From assembly GCA_041644975.1 (NCBI GenBank), contig JBAZQX010000007.1, forward strand, positions 1,906 through 65,905: 64,000 nucleotides of DNA, read 5' to 3'. Both the position numbers and the translations under genes were made by a program. Numbering within the stretch: the stretch's first letter is position 1; each line of letters opens with the position of its first letter. Shown one piece after another: positions 37,477 through 47,284 of this stretch. This DNA comes from Candidatus Doudnabacteria bacterium (GTDB lineage: Bacteria > Patescibacteriota > JAQUNI01). The notes beneath the pieces are model-generated. The model made no database searches and was not told where the DNA came from. It saw only the letters and a program-made list of their open reading frames with translations.

Positions 37477-38493
37477 CTAAGAAATCTCCATCATGTTTTT
37501 CTGAAAATCTTCTAAATTCATACCTATCAAACGTTTGAAAATTTCACGATAACGTCTTGTTGTATAGACAATGACTTCCTCTGGCACTTGGACATTGCCG
37601 ACAAAAGCAACGTGTTCGGAATTTTCAGGATCAAGATTGTTAATCCCCTGACCCCAAGGCGTCTCAATTGTCTTCCCCCACTGGCGCACGGGTTCTTTGT
37701 CATAACCCGATGGCGCTTCTCCTCTTTGAGCGGCATCCTGCCACTCTGTTTTATCCCAAAACCGGGAAGAGTCTGGAGTCAAAACCTCATCAGCGAGCGT
37801 TAAAGGATGGTCTTTACTTAATCTGCCAAATTCAAACTTGGTATCGGCGATGATAACGCTCTTCCCCCGGGTATAAGCCGCGCATTGCTCATAGATCTTC
37901 AAGGACAGATCTTCTAACTTGGGACCATATTTTTGACTTACATCTCTGGCAGTAAGGGGCTTATCGTGCCCTGATTCTGCTTTGGTAGTGGGCGTGAATA
38001 ATGGTTGCGGCAACATGGATCCATCATGAAGAAACGGGCCTGGCTTATAACCATAAACCGAGCCATCTTTTTGATAAGATTTCCAGGCTCCCCCCGTGAG
38101 GTATCCCCTTACCACACATTCCACTGGCTCCATATTCAGTCGCCGGACTATAATACTCCGCGCTTGTAACTCGGCATTATTACGCAATTCTCCTATGCGA
38201 GGGAGGTAATAATCAATACCTTTGCCATAAGCTACTAAATGATGTTTAATGCCTTTCAGTATTTGGGTTAACCAAAATACAGTCAACCCCGTCAGGATTG
38301 CGCCCTTTTGGGGAACCAGGCAATTAAGCACAAAATCGAAAATACTCACTCTATCAGTGGCGACCACCAAAAGATAATTGGGTAGTCTATATGTATCCCG
38401 CACTTTACCTTGATAGACCTCACTAAACCCTTCATCTTCTAAAAGACGACTCAAACCGGTTTCTCTAACCGCTTCCGGAATTTTTGCGCTCAT
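37477..38493 (-). CDS. purC: Phosphoribosylaminoimidazole-succinocarboxamide synthase (long form)
   Basis: KVRDTY..., DTKFEFG, SAICAR synthetase motifs. Confidence 0.9.
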   Translation of the reverse strand: MSAKIPEAVRETGLSRLLEDEGFSEVYQGKVRDTYRLPNYLLVVATDRVSIFDFVLNCLVPQKGAILTGLTVFWLTQILKGIKHHLVAYGKGIDYYLPRIGELRNNAELQARSIIVRRLNMEPVECVVRGYLTGGAWKSYQKDGSVYGYKPGPFLHDGSMLPQPLFTPTTKAESGHDKPLTARDVSQKYGPKLEDLSLKIYEQCAAYTRGKSVIIADTKFEFGRLSKDHPLTLADEVLTPDSSRFWDKTEWQDAAQRGEAPSGYDKEPVRQWGKTIETPWGQGINNLDPENSEHVAFVGNVQVPEEVIVYTTRRYREIFKRLIGMNLEDFQKNMMEIS

Positions 38494-38525
38494 TTTCTAC
38501 TCCTTTCCAAATTGCTTTCTATGTT

Positions 38526-39953
38526 TCACATTTCCTTAACTTTTTGCTCTGCGAGCAGAGCTATCTCCAATGCTTTTTCTTGAGCATCCCCAGTATATTC
38601 TTCCGGATAATGGAGAAGCTGCCAAATGTCGTCCGGAATCCTCTGCACCACTTCACCTAAAGTTTCGTCTTGTTCAGCGAGCTTTTCAAGCGCGTCAAGT
38701 AAACTAATCTTTTCTTCAGTAGCGAGCGGCACTAACTTTCTGTTCACAAGCTCGTGAGCATCCTCTATATAACCTGCCATTTGCAAGGCAATATAAAGGG
38801 GCTCGGCCAAGACAAGGTCAGCGCTTGCGTCAAAGTTGCGTTGACATGCTTCCTCGTCTATCCTTATCTTCTCTAAAAAAGAGATTGCGTTCTCGTCTTT
38901 TCTTAGTAGTGTATTAAGCTGGTGCATTACATTGATAAGGATAATGGGAAAATCTCTAGCCACTGAACTGCCAACTAAATCCCGCTGGTGCTCACTGATT
39001 AATGTGTCCAGCACCTTGCCGAATTCATTTTTAGTTCTGATCCACATTCCCACTAGGTTTTCAAAATTGATGGGATTTCTTTTTTGCGCCATTGTAGAAG
39101 AGCCAACCGCTCCTGCCGCATAAAACTCAATTACCTCTGCGATTTCGCTCCGCATCAGATTGCGGCAATCTTGACCGAACTGCGCTAGGCTAGCCGATAG
39201 CATACAGAGTGAGAATAGAAAATACCCCAGGGGTTCGGGCGGTAAAATCTGCGTGCTGATCGGCGCCGCCTTCAAGTCCAATTTTTCTAAAACCCTTTGT
39301 TCAAAGCTTCTGTCACCGCAAAGTTTGGCAAACCCTAAACCTATTTGAGCATTATGCGCACCAACCGCTCCACCAATCTTCCCGCATAATCCCTTTGAGT
39401 AAAGCTCCACTTGACTGGCATTATAAATAACGCGGTATAAAGTGGTAGCGAGCCAAAAACCCACCGTAATCGGTAAGGCATGTTGGCCATGAGTGCGGCC
39501 GATCTGGATCTGATCCGCGAATTGGCGCACCAGCTTCGCGAAGATACTCATCAACTCTTGAATGGACGGCTTAAGGGCAAAGCAATAGGCGCGGTGAAAC
39601 TGGAGCATACGCCCAGTGTCCAAAGGATCATAACTCGTGAGCGGAATATGCACCCATCTGGCTAAACGCTCTCCAATAATTTCTTGCGCTATTCTAACCC
39701 AAGCTCGGATGTCGTGATGCGTGATTTCCCTCTCCACCTTATCTACTTCAGTCGTTGGAATATTCAAAACCGCTTCAATGATTTCAGGAGTTAATTCCTC
39801 CATTTCTTCCGGAGGGATAACCCCAATCTCTCCTAAAACTTGTAGGGTCGCGAGTTCTACTTCAGCCACAGTTTTATAGAGATTATCATAACCAAAATAC
39901 GGTATAAGCTGTTTCGGCTGGTAACGCGGATTGCCTGGCATTATTAAATTCAT
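38526..39953 (-). CDS. purB: Adenylosuccinate lyase
   Basis: HGQHALPITVGFW and fumarate-lyase family signature. Length 475 aa. Confidence 0.9.
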   Translation of the reverse strand: MNLIMPGNPRYQPKQLIPYFGYDNLYKTVAEVELATLQVLGEIGVIPPEEMEELTPEIIEAVLNIPTTEVDKVEREITHHDIRAWVRIAQEIIGERLARWVHIPLTSYDPLDTGRMLQFHRAYCFALKPSIQELMSIFAKLVRQFADQIQIGRTHGQHALPITVGFWLATTLYRVIYNASQVELYSKGLCGKIGGAVGAHNAQIGLGFAKLCGDRSFEQRVLEKLDLKAAPISTQILPPEPLGYFLFSLCMLSASLAQFGQDCRNLMRSEIAEVIEFYAAGAVGSSTMAQKRNPINFENLVGMWIRTKNEFGKVLDTLISEHQRDLVGSSVARDFPIILINVMHQLNTLLRKDENAISFLEKIRIDEEACQRNFDASADLVLAEPLYIALQMAGYIEDAHELVNRKLVPLATEEKISLLDALEKLAEQDETLGEVVQRIPDDIWQLLHYPEEYTGDAQEKALEIALLAEQKVKEM

Positions 39954-40175
39954 ATCTCTTTCTCCTTCCTGACATTTCCTTAATGAGTCTGTTGTATTCT
40001 TATTGCAATGAACAAATCCAACTAAATTCTTTCACCTCCTATGATTTAGTTGCGGGATTTAATCTAACATAGACCTTAAACACGGCATAAAAAAGTATTA
40101 GTCTATTATAAAGGAAATTCATCTAAAAATCCATATTAGGCCAAACAAAAAATTATATAGGACTTTCACGTTTGA

Positions 40176-40247
40176 TGTCATCCCCGACCTGATCGGGGAT
40201 CCAGGTCGAATACACTAGTCCTGGATTCCCGCTTTCGCGGGAATGAC
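40176..40247. repeat. 71-nt palindromic element with GTCAT...ATGAC termini and three internal hairpins (cloverleaf-like)
   Basis: tccccga..cgggga, atccagg..cctggat and tcccgc..gcggga hairpins inside gtcat/atgac. Confidence 0.5.
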
Positions 40248-40332
40248 AATAAATATTTAAACTTAATTATTACAAAATGCGAAAGTCATTTTATAAAAAA
40301 CTCCTTGGATTTTTTCGCAAGGAGCAATAGGA

Positions 40333-40968
40333 TTAACGAACTCGGAGTTCGTTTTCCGCCTCTTCCCTAAAGAGCTTCATTTCGCCCGCGCCCAGACGGT
40401 TCACTTTAAAGATCAACTTCCTCCCTCCTCTTTGATCTTCACAAGTGAGCAGCCCCTCATATTTTTCGTTCGGCGTTTCAGAGGAAAGAATTTTAAGCTC
40501 ATTGCCTGTCTTGACAATGGCTAAGATTTTTACGATTTGCCAAGGATTATAAGCGGGCTGATCCGTATTCCATATCTGCTGGTCTATAATCATCCCATCG
40601 CCAGCCGTGATTTCCAGCCCTCTTCCCTTTGCATACAACACCACTAATAAATGGACTTTGGAATGCGACTTGAGATTAGGAGCGGTTAGAACTTTCTCCC
40701 CACCTTTCTGTTTTTTGAGATCAACATATCTGATCACATTTTTCACTGTTTTTTTTGAAAACCAAGGCACAATCGGCTTACGCACGACTTTTATTTCCAG
40801 AAGATCTTCTATGCAATCTTCTTTGATGGGAATGAATGTCTCCCCCACCTGAATTCCAGGCGGGTATCGGTCTAAGGGAATTTCAATCCCACCCATTATG
40901 TTGACTTCTTGCAGAGTTAGTTCATTAAAAGGCTGAAACCAATACACCGTGACGCAACGCAAATTCAT
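40333..40968 (-). CDS. Hypothetical protein
   Basis: ORF of 211 aa. No recognised motif. Confidence 0.5.
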   Translation of the reverse strand: MNLRCVTVYWFQPFNELTLQEVNIMGGIEIPLDRYPPGIQVGETFIPIKEDCIEDLLEIKVVRKPIVPWFSKKTVKNVIRYVDLKKQKGGEKVLTAPNLKSHSKVHLLVVLYAKGRGLEITAGDGMIIDQQIWNTDQPAYNPWQIVKILAIVKTGNELKILSSETPNEKYEGLLTCEDQRGGRKLIFKVNRLGAGEMKLFREEAENELRVR

Positions 40969-41207
40969 TATTGACCTCCTCTCATAAGATTATTTTCACT
41001 CAAAGGACAAAACAAAGTTGTAAGTCTTCAAGGAGCAAAGCTCTCTCTATAAAAACTTATCAGATTTTGTCTTTAACGGCAAATTTTTTGAGCTCTTTCA
41101 TAAAAAGAAAAAAGCGGCTTCGTTTTTTTTATGACGGGTGCCGCTAGACCTATTGTTGTTCATCTTGCTTTCTTGCGAGCCAGATACTCCCTGCCCTTGC
41201 CAACGTC

Positions 41208-41465
41208 TCAGTAGCCGGGAATTTCGGTGACAAAATCTTTTGCCAAAACTGCTAACCTAATGTCCCACAGAACGAACCGGCCTTGGGTGGCCAGGTAGCC
41301 GACCTGCTGGCGAGGTTGTGGTGGTTCTTCAAGATAGAAATCCACACCCCCGTCACATATCTTCTCACATGTTACCTTTTTGTTTGATGTGGAAAGCGAT
41401 GTGGAAAGCCGAGAAGCAATCTCGTCTACTTCCATAGATCCGCACTTAAAAACTGCTTGGCTCAT
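41208..41465 (-). CDS. Hypothetical small protein
   Basis: ORF of 85 aa in a locally GC-richer stretch. Confidence 0.3.
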   Translation of the reverse strand: MSQAVFKCGSMEVDEIASRLSTSLSTSNKKVTCEKICDGGVDFYLEEPPQPRQQVGYLATQGRFVLWDIRLAVLAKDFVTEIPGY

Positions 41466-41620
41466 TTTTTTACCCCCTTTCTACAGTGTTTGGTTTTCGA
41501 GGTACAAATTGAGTCAAGCACCAGCTTGACCCTCCTCTATCGTATGATACAACAAAACAAGGAAAAAGCAAGATTAAAAACAAAAAACAGTCCGCCTTTG
41601 GCGAGACTACAACGAATAGC

Positions 41621-41640
41621 ATGAAAAAATTTTCTTTTAC
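41621..41640 (+). repeat. 20-bp direct repeat ATGAAAAAATTTTCTTTTAC, left copy flanking purD
   Basis: Exact second copy at 43227-43246. Confidence 0.7.
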
Positions 41641-41840
41641 AAGATGTGATTTGAGCCGATATTTTTATCAGGTTCTTTGGCAGTTTTTTACCTCTTGAAA
41701 AGAGGCAATAATTTCAAGTTTTTTATGAGTTAATCATAACTCATTACAGTAAATTCCTCAAGAAAAATGAGCTTGAAAAATTCACTGCTTTGGCGGCAAA
41801 TTCTTTTCGGAAAATAAAGGGGGTTCAATCCCCGAAGGAA

Positions 41841-43169
41841 TTAGAACCCCATAGCAATGGCTTTAGCACCAATATCTTTTCGATACTGCATGCCCTTGAA
41901 CTTAATTTGGTGAACTGCTTCGTACGCCCGATCAAGAGCTTCTTGAAGAGTTTTACCGACTGCTGTGACTCCGAGAACGCGTCCGCCAGAAGTCCGAAGT
42001 TGGTCGCTACACATTGTGCCAGCGTGGAAAACGACAATGCCCGGGACTTTCTCTGCTTCGCTGATTCCAAATATCGGAATTCCCTTTTTGTACTTTCCCG
42101 GATATCCACCAGAAGCAAGAACAACGCAAACGGCGAAACCGAAATTCCATTCAACTGCAAGGTCGGCGAGTTTGCCGTCAACGCATGCGTCTAAAACATC
42201 AAGCAAATCTGTTTTTAGGAGTCGCATGTAGCTTTGCGTTTCGGGGTCGCCGAATCTTGCGTTGAATTCAAGCACTTTCGGCCCCTCGTCTGTCATCTTG
42301 AGTCCGGGGTACAAACAGCCAGTAAACGGCTTTCCTTTCTTCGCAAGCGCTTGCAAAGTCGGACGAACGATTTGCTCGTTTACTTCTCGCAAGGTCTGAT
42401 CCGTAACCCACGGCACAGGTGCGATTGTCCCCATACCGCCAGTATTCTTGCCCTTATCGCCGTCGAAAATCGGCTTGTGGTCTTGCGCGGTAGGTAATAG
42501 GATTGAGGTTTTGCCGTCACAGAGAGCGTGAATAGAAACCTCTTGTCCATTCAGAAACTCCTCGACGATAACTTCATTGCCTGCTTGTTTGTAAGCGTGC
42601 TCAAGCATGATTTCTGCCAGAGCTTTCACGGCTTTAGCAAGCGTCTTACAGGGATATGCGCCTTTGCCAAGAGCCAATCCGCTTGCTTTCACGACAATCG
42701 GCGCCCCATGTTTGCGGACATATTCTAAAGCACTTTCATACTTTCGAAATATCCGAAATGGCGCAGTCGGGATATCACTATCGTGCATAAGTCGTTTGGC
42801 AAACGCTTTAGACGCTTCAATCTGTGCTGCGGCACGAGTGGGTCCGAAAATGCGTAAGCCATGAGATTGAAAAACATCAACTATACCAAGCGCAAGCGGG
42901 TCGTCAGGACCGACTACTGTCAGATGAATTGAATTCTTTTCAGCAAAACGATCCAAACCTCTGGCGTCTGTGGCTTCAATCGCAATATTTTCAGCAATAT
43001 CACAAGTGCCGCCATTTCCAGGTGCAACATACAACTTGCCAATGCGTGATGATTGAGCGAGTTTCCATGCGAGCGCATGCTCTCTTCCGCCACCACCGAT
43101 AATTAAGACATTGCTGATCATAGTTTTCTCTCCTTTCTTGCTAATGTGCAGTTTATCTATTTTAGCCAT
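41841..43169 (-). CDS. purD: Phosphoribosylamine--glycine ligase; likely true start at the internal Met (MISNVLIIGGGGREHA, ~43121)
   Basis: GGGGREHA, ATP-grasp domain. By eye the GC content is higher than in neighbouring genes. Confidence 0.9.
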   Translation of the reverse strand: MAKIDKLHISKKGEKTMISNVLIIGGGGREHALAWKLAQSSRIGKLYVAPGNGGTCDIAENIAIEATDARGLDRFAEKNSIHLTVVGPDDPLALGIVDVFQSHGLRIFGPTRAAAQIEASKAFAKRLMHDSDIPTAPFRIFRKYESALEYVRKHGAPIVVKASGLALGKGAYPCKTLAKAVKALAEIMLEHAYKQAGNEVIVEEFLNGQEVSIHALCDGKTSILLPTAQDHKPIFDGDKGKNTGGMGTIAPVPWVTDQTLREVNEQIVRPTLQALAKKGKPFTGCLYPGLKMTDEGPKVLEFNARFGDPETQSYMRLLKTDLLDVLDACVDGKLADLAVEWNFGFAVCVVLASGGYPGKYKKGIPIFGISEAEKVPGIVVFHAGTMCSDQLRTSGGRVLGVTAVGKTLQEALDRAYEAVHQIKFKGMQYRKDIGAKAIAMGF

Positions 43170-43226
43170 ATCTATCTAAAATATAGCTCAAAAATAAAAA
43201 AACCGAAACTAAATTCGGAATCAGAT

Positions 43227-43246
43227 ATGAAAAAATTTTCTTTTAC
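43227..43246 (+). repeat. 20-bp direct repeat ATGAAAAAATTTTCTTTTAC, right copy flanking purD
   Basis: Identical to 41621-41640. Confidence 0.7.
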
Positions 43247-43319
43247 TTTGAATTCAATTCAAAAAACGAAACCGCCGATTGATTTTTTAGGCCAACCCGC
43301 CTGCTCACAAGCCTGTGCC

Positions 43320-43418
43320 CCTGAGAAGAATCGAACTTCTATCTAGGGCTTAGGCCCTGCACCAGAGCAAAGCTCGGTACAGGGTAAAAGTCCCTTGTTC
43401 CCCGCCCGCCTGACTCGT
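43320..43418 (-). pseudogene. Degenerate tRNA-like sequence, partial duplicate of tRNA-Arg
   Basis: The minus strand has CAGGGCCTAAGCCCTAGATAGAAGTTCGATTCTTCTCAGGGGCA with a shortened anticodon loop (relative to tRNA-Arg) and an unpaired 5' acceptor. Confidence 0.3.
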
Positions 43419-43419
43419 C

Positions 43420-43494
43420 TGGTGCCCTCATCTGGAATCGGACCAGAATCTAGGGCTTAGGAGTCCCTTGTTCTATCCATTGAACTATGAGGGC
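43420..43494 (-). tRNA. tRNA-Arg(CCT), CCA encoded
   Basis: GCCCTCA/TGAGGGC acceptor, A73, anticodon loop CTCCTAA, T-arm TCTGGTCCGATTCCAGA. Confidence 0.85.
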
Positions 43495-43652
43495 GTCAGG
43501 CGAGTCGGGCGGGTATCCGCTTAAGCTACAGGGGCAAAAACAAATTAAAAATAAAAAATTTAAAATTACAAATATATACAAATTATATTCTTTAATTCAT
43601 TGCTTGTAAATTTTTCTGATGCTAGAATGAGTGGAATTACTAAAAATAGAAA

Positions 43653-45149
43653 ATGAAAATTAAGATTAAAAATAGCATCACTTTTTTAAAATATTTTTTC
43701 TTTTTTCTTTTTGTCTTCTCTATCCCCTTTCAGAAACGGCATATTTTTTCTGATTACCCTATTGCGGGAGAATTTAATGAATGGACGGCAATCAGTATTT
43801 ATGTTTCAGATATTCTTTTATTCTTAAGTTTGATCTTTTGGCTTGGCGAACTTGTTATTTCTAGAAATCATTTAAGATTACGGAATATTATAACCCCTCT
43901 TAATCTCCCCTTGTCAGGGGAGAAATATACCCCCCTGATAAGGGGGGTTAGGGGGGTTTTAAATTATTTCCGTGAGGGCATACTAAATCTTAAAAAGAAA
44001 AATAAATTATTGATTATTGGTTACTGGCTGCTGGTTACCCTGCTCGCCATTGCTTTTTTTTCCTTAATTAATGCCCAAAATTTAAACATTGCCCTCTTCC
44101 GTCTATTAAAATTAGGGGAGGTAATTCTCTTATTTATTTTTGTTGTCTTCAACTTTGGCTCAAAAAAATTACGGCTACTTTTGTATTTATTTTTACTGAC
44201 TAGCGGAATAGTTCAAGGAATGATCGCAGTAGGACAGTATTTTCACCAGCATTCTCTGGGTCTCAAAATTTTAGGCGAGAATGATCTTGCCCCTAACATA
44301 ATTGGCGTGGCAAAGATAGTCGTCAACGGCGACAAAATCATCCGTGCTTACGGCGCCTTCCCCCACCCCAACATTTTAGGCGGCTTTTCAATCGCCGCTA
44401 TTTTATTTTGTTTTTACCTATGGACCAAAATACCAAAGGTAAAATGGGACAAATCTCTAAAAATCATCCTCCTTATCATTCTTTCTCTCTTTACCATCAC
44501 CATCACCATCACCTTTTCCCGCACGGCTTGGCTAGGACTCATCATCGCTTTATTGGGCTTGCTCATCATTAACCTCCACAAAATCAAAAACTACGTTCCC
44601 GTTTTCGGCGTGATTATTATCACCGCTTTGATTCTATTTTATTTCCTCCAGCCCCAAATTTTAACTCGCCAAACGATTAGTGATTCTTCAGGGGATTTCG
44701 CTCTCACAAACCGCGCGTTTTTAAACCAAATTGCCTTGCTCATAATTGCCAAACACCCTCTTTTAGGGGTCGGAATAGGTAATTTCGTGCCTAGCATCCC
44801 TGACTTTACCCCGTTAGATAGTAAACATCTAACGGGGTTTACTAAAATGAACCTTCCTGCTTGGCGCTATCAGCCAAGCCACAATCTCTATTTGGCTATG
44901 GCTTCAGAGACAGGTCTCCCTAGTTTATTGATCTTTCTAACCTTTTTATACTTAACCATTGCTCACGCTCTCGGGCAGATTCGGAACGACCCTGAAATCG
45001 GAATTCTGTTTTGGATTTTAATTGCTTACCTCTTTATTAGCTGCTTGGACCACTACTTTTATGATCTCCAACAAGGAATCCTATTATTTTGGCTTATCTT
45101 GGGGATAATTTGGGTAATTATTTTACAAAAATCTAAAAATGTTGCATAA
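43653..45149 (+). CDS. O-antigen ligase / O-antigen polymerase family membrane protein carrying an in-frame family C repeat insertion
   Basis: Multi-TM protein with the SHNLYLAMASETGLPSLLIF ligase motif. Codons for ITPLNLPLSGEKYTPLIRGVRGV are encoded by the repeat at 43890-43960. Confidence 0.75.
   Translation: MKIKIKNSITFLKYFFFFLFVFSIPFQKRHIFSDYPIAGEFNEWTAISIYVSDILLFLSLIFWLGELVISRNHLRLRNIITPLNLPLSGEKYTPLIRGVRGVLNYFREGILNLKKKNKLLIIGYWLLVTLLAIAFFSLINAQNLNIALFRLLKLGEVILLFIFVVFNFGSKKLRLLLYLFLLTSGIVQGMIAVGQYFHQHSLGLKILGENDLAPNIIGVAKIVVNGDKIIRAYGAFPHPNILGGFSIAAILFCFYLWTKIPKVKWDKSLKIILLIILSLFTITITITFSRTAWLGLIIALLGLLIINLHKIKNYVPVFGVIIITALILFYFLQPQILTRQTISDSSGDFALTNRAFLNQIALLIIAKHPLLGVGIGNFVPSIPDFTPLDSKHLTGFTKMNLPAWRYQPSHNLYLAMASETGLPSLLIFLTFLYLTIAHALGQIRNDPEIGILFWILIAYLFISCLDHYFYDLQQGILLFWLILGIIWVIILQKSKNVA
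43890..43960. repeat. Family C palindromic element (AACCCCTCTTAATCTCCCCTTGTCAGGGGAG...CCCCCCTGATAAGGGGGGTTAGGGGGG) inside the ligase CDS
   Basis: Near-identical motif at 37250, 45528 and 47398. Confidence 0.75.
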
Positions 45150-45305
45150 TCAGATTTTTTTCTGCATCTCATTTTTCTAATAGTTTGACCTGTGGATAAC
45201 TCCATCTACTTATTCACATACTACTTATTTTATTTAATACAAGCCAAAATATATAGATTGACAAATACATAGAAGATGTTACTATCCGATATGTAAAAAA
45301 ATATT

Positions 45306-45600
45306 AAAAATGTTCCACGTGGAACATTTTTAATTTCCTTAAATTACGAAACTCCCTCCCCTTGCCTCCCGCGGAGTAATCTAACTCCCTCCCTGACAAG
45401 GGAGGGGAAGGCCTGCCCGCCATCGCTTCGCCTGCCCGCAACGCCTTGCGGCTAGCATGGCGGGCGTGGCTTCAGGCGAGGCGGGCGGGGGAGGGTTAAA
45501 AGGATTTATTCTCTCTCTTACCTGAATTAAACCCCTCTCTAATCTCCCCTTGTCAGGGGAGAAGTTTACCCTCCTCTAGGTAAGGGGGAATATATTGGAA
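45306..45600. repeat. Left flanking composite repeat of the TrmB cassette: 16-bp palindrome TGTTCCACGTGGAACA, then a MITE-like element with ATTACGAAACTCCC terminus, CTCCCTCCCTGACAAGGGAGGG and family C modules, and a nested family B insertion (45415-45495)
   Basis: Direct-repeat partner at 47285-47551. The nested GC-rich segment is absent from the partner. Confidence 0.7.
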
Positions 45601-45611
45601 TGAATCCTTGC

Positions 45612-46346
45612 TTATTGTACACCCAAACTCCATAAAAGCTTAAATTTTTGTTCCTCCATCTTTGCCAGATCAGGACTCCGCGTGACCACACCTATTAATT
45701 CTTTAATTGAGGATATAAGGGCTATTTTATCCTGAAAAATAAACATAGAACTGGGGAAAAAATAACCATCAGGCAAGAATCTAGTCTCCCGTAAATTCTC
45801 CTTGGCTGTCTTTTTTAAAAGCAATGCGTCTTTATCAAAAAAAACTAAGGCTTTAAATTTGATATCTTTCTTTAAACGGGCCGGAATATAATACTCATAA
45901 TCATATTCTCGGCTAATAATCTTATAAATATCTTTCACAGAGCCAATATACATAATTTCGCTATGCGGCTTCTCTAATGTTTGTTCCAAAATGCTAAAGC
46001 ACCCCTCTCTGCCCTCATAAAAACGCACTTCCGGCCTTGGTTCTTCCAAATTTTTCGCTAATGCTTGCAATTGCGGCATTATCTGTCTTAAAGCGCTTTG
46101 TCTCTCTTTAAGAATAAAATTCAATTTTTGCGGTTCCTCCGCGATAAATTTCTTGGTATTCTTTGATTGATAATAACTCATCAGCCCTTTTTGGATTAAA
46201 GAATCAACCACTACGTAAACAGTGGTTCTTTTAATTTTGGACTTACGGGCAATATCGGGAATTTTTGAGGGACCGAGTTCTAGGTTCGCCAAATATATCC
46301 TGGCTTCTTTCTCGGACAAACCTATTTTTTGAAGATGCTTTAACAT
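45612..46346 (-). CDS. TrmB family transcriptional regulator
   Basis: N-terminal LKHLQKIGLSEKEARIYLANLELGPSKIPDIARKSKIKRTTVYVVVDSLIQKGL winged HTH of the TrmB type. Confidence 0.7.
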   Translation of the reverse strand: MLKHLQKIGLSEKEARIYLANLELGPSKIPDIARKSKIKRTTVYVVVDSLIQKGLMSYYQSKNTKKFIAEEPQKLNFILKERQSALRQIMPQLQALAKNLEEPRPEVRFYEGREGCFSILEQTLEKPHSEIMYIGSVKDIYKIISREYDYEYYIPARLKKDIKFKALVFFDKDALLLKKTAKENLRETRFLPDGYFFPSSMFIFQDKIALISSIKELIGVVTRSPDLAKMEEQKFKLLWSLGVQ

Positions 46347-46519
46347 TCTTATTTGTCAATAATGTTGTCAACTTAGTTTTATGTTATCATAAGCAAAATA
46401 TAGTGTCAATATATAAAACTTGACAAAAGTATTGACAAAACTTTTAAGGTCATATAAACTAACCAGTTACTAATATAGACCGTTCTTTTTACACAATCAA
46501 TACAAAAGGAGGTTGTATT

Positions 46520-47194
46520 ATGAAGCTTAATGTTGTTCTCTTAAGTATAGGTACGGTATCTTTTATTTTCTTTTTAGTAGTCAATTTGGGAGGTTTTGGT
46601 GTTATTACCCCTCTTCAGATGGCAATTCTGAATTCATCTTCCATTATTGCTATAATGCTTTGTTGCTTAATTTGGGGGGTCTGCCGCTCATTAGAATGGC
46701 TCAATACTAAATTACAACAGGATATAGATAAATATCCGATAAGGAAAATAACCATGAAAGACCAGGCAAAAAACGCTGAAAAGGATTCAGATAAGGATCC
46801 AGCAGGAGAAATTGGTGTGGGGCGAGAACCCAGCAATCAACAAATAGAAAAGCCTCAGATGGAGGAGGATCTGAAGGAAGAAATTCAAACGCAATCAATG
46901 AATGTGGCTAAGATTAGAGAAAAGTATCTTTCTGCTTATTGCCTTTTAACCTGGGATGTTGGTAACGGGGAAAGGGTTGTCCTCGGCTATGCAGGAAAGA
47001 TATATAAGGAACTGAATGATGCCTTTACTGAACTGGCTGAAATTATGGCAAAGGAAACAGGGCGCGACATAATGGAACTTTGGGAATGGCCAGATGATTT
47101 GACTTTTTCATCGCCTGAATTTTTGCCTTGTTTAGAAAGATGTTTGGAAATTGTCCAAAGAGTACCCCGATATGTATCAAGATCCGGTTCCTAA
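46520..47194 (+). CDS. Hypothetical membrane protein with acidic central region
   Basis: Two N-terminal TM helices. Divergent from the TrmB gene across an AT-rich ~170-bp region with TTGACA-like boxes. Confidence 0.5.
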   Translation: MKLNVVLLSIGTVSFIFFLVVNLGGFGVITPLQMAILNSSSIIAIMLCCLIWGVCRSLEWLNTKLQQDIDKYPIRKITMKDQAKNAEKDSDKDPAGEIGVGREPSNQQIEKPQMEEDLKEEIQTQSMNVAKIREKYLSAYCLLTWDVGNGERVVLGYAGKIYKELNDAFTELAEIMAKETGRDIMELWEWPDDLTFSSPEFLPCLERCLEIVQRVPRYVSRSGS

Positions 47195-47284
47195 TTTCTA
47201 GATAAAAAATTGCCTGAAAATGGGGTTTTAAAAAATATGACCATCATCAAAACTAGATGATGGTTTTTTATTGTAATAATGACC

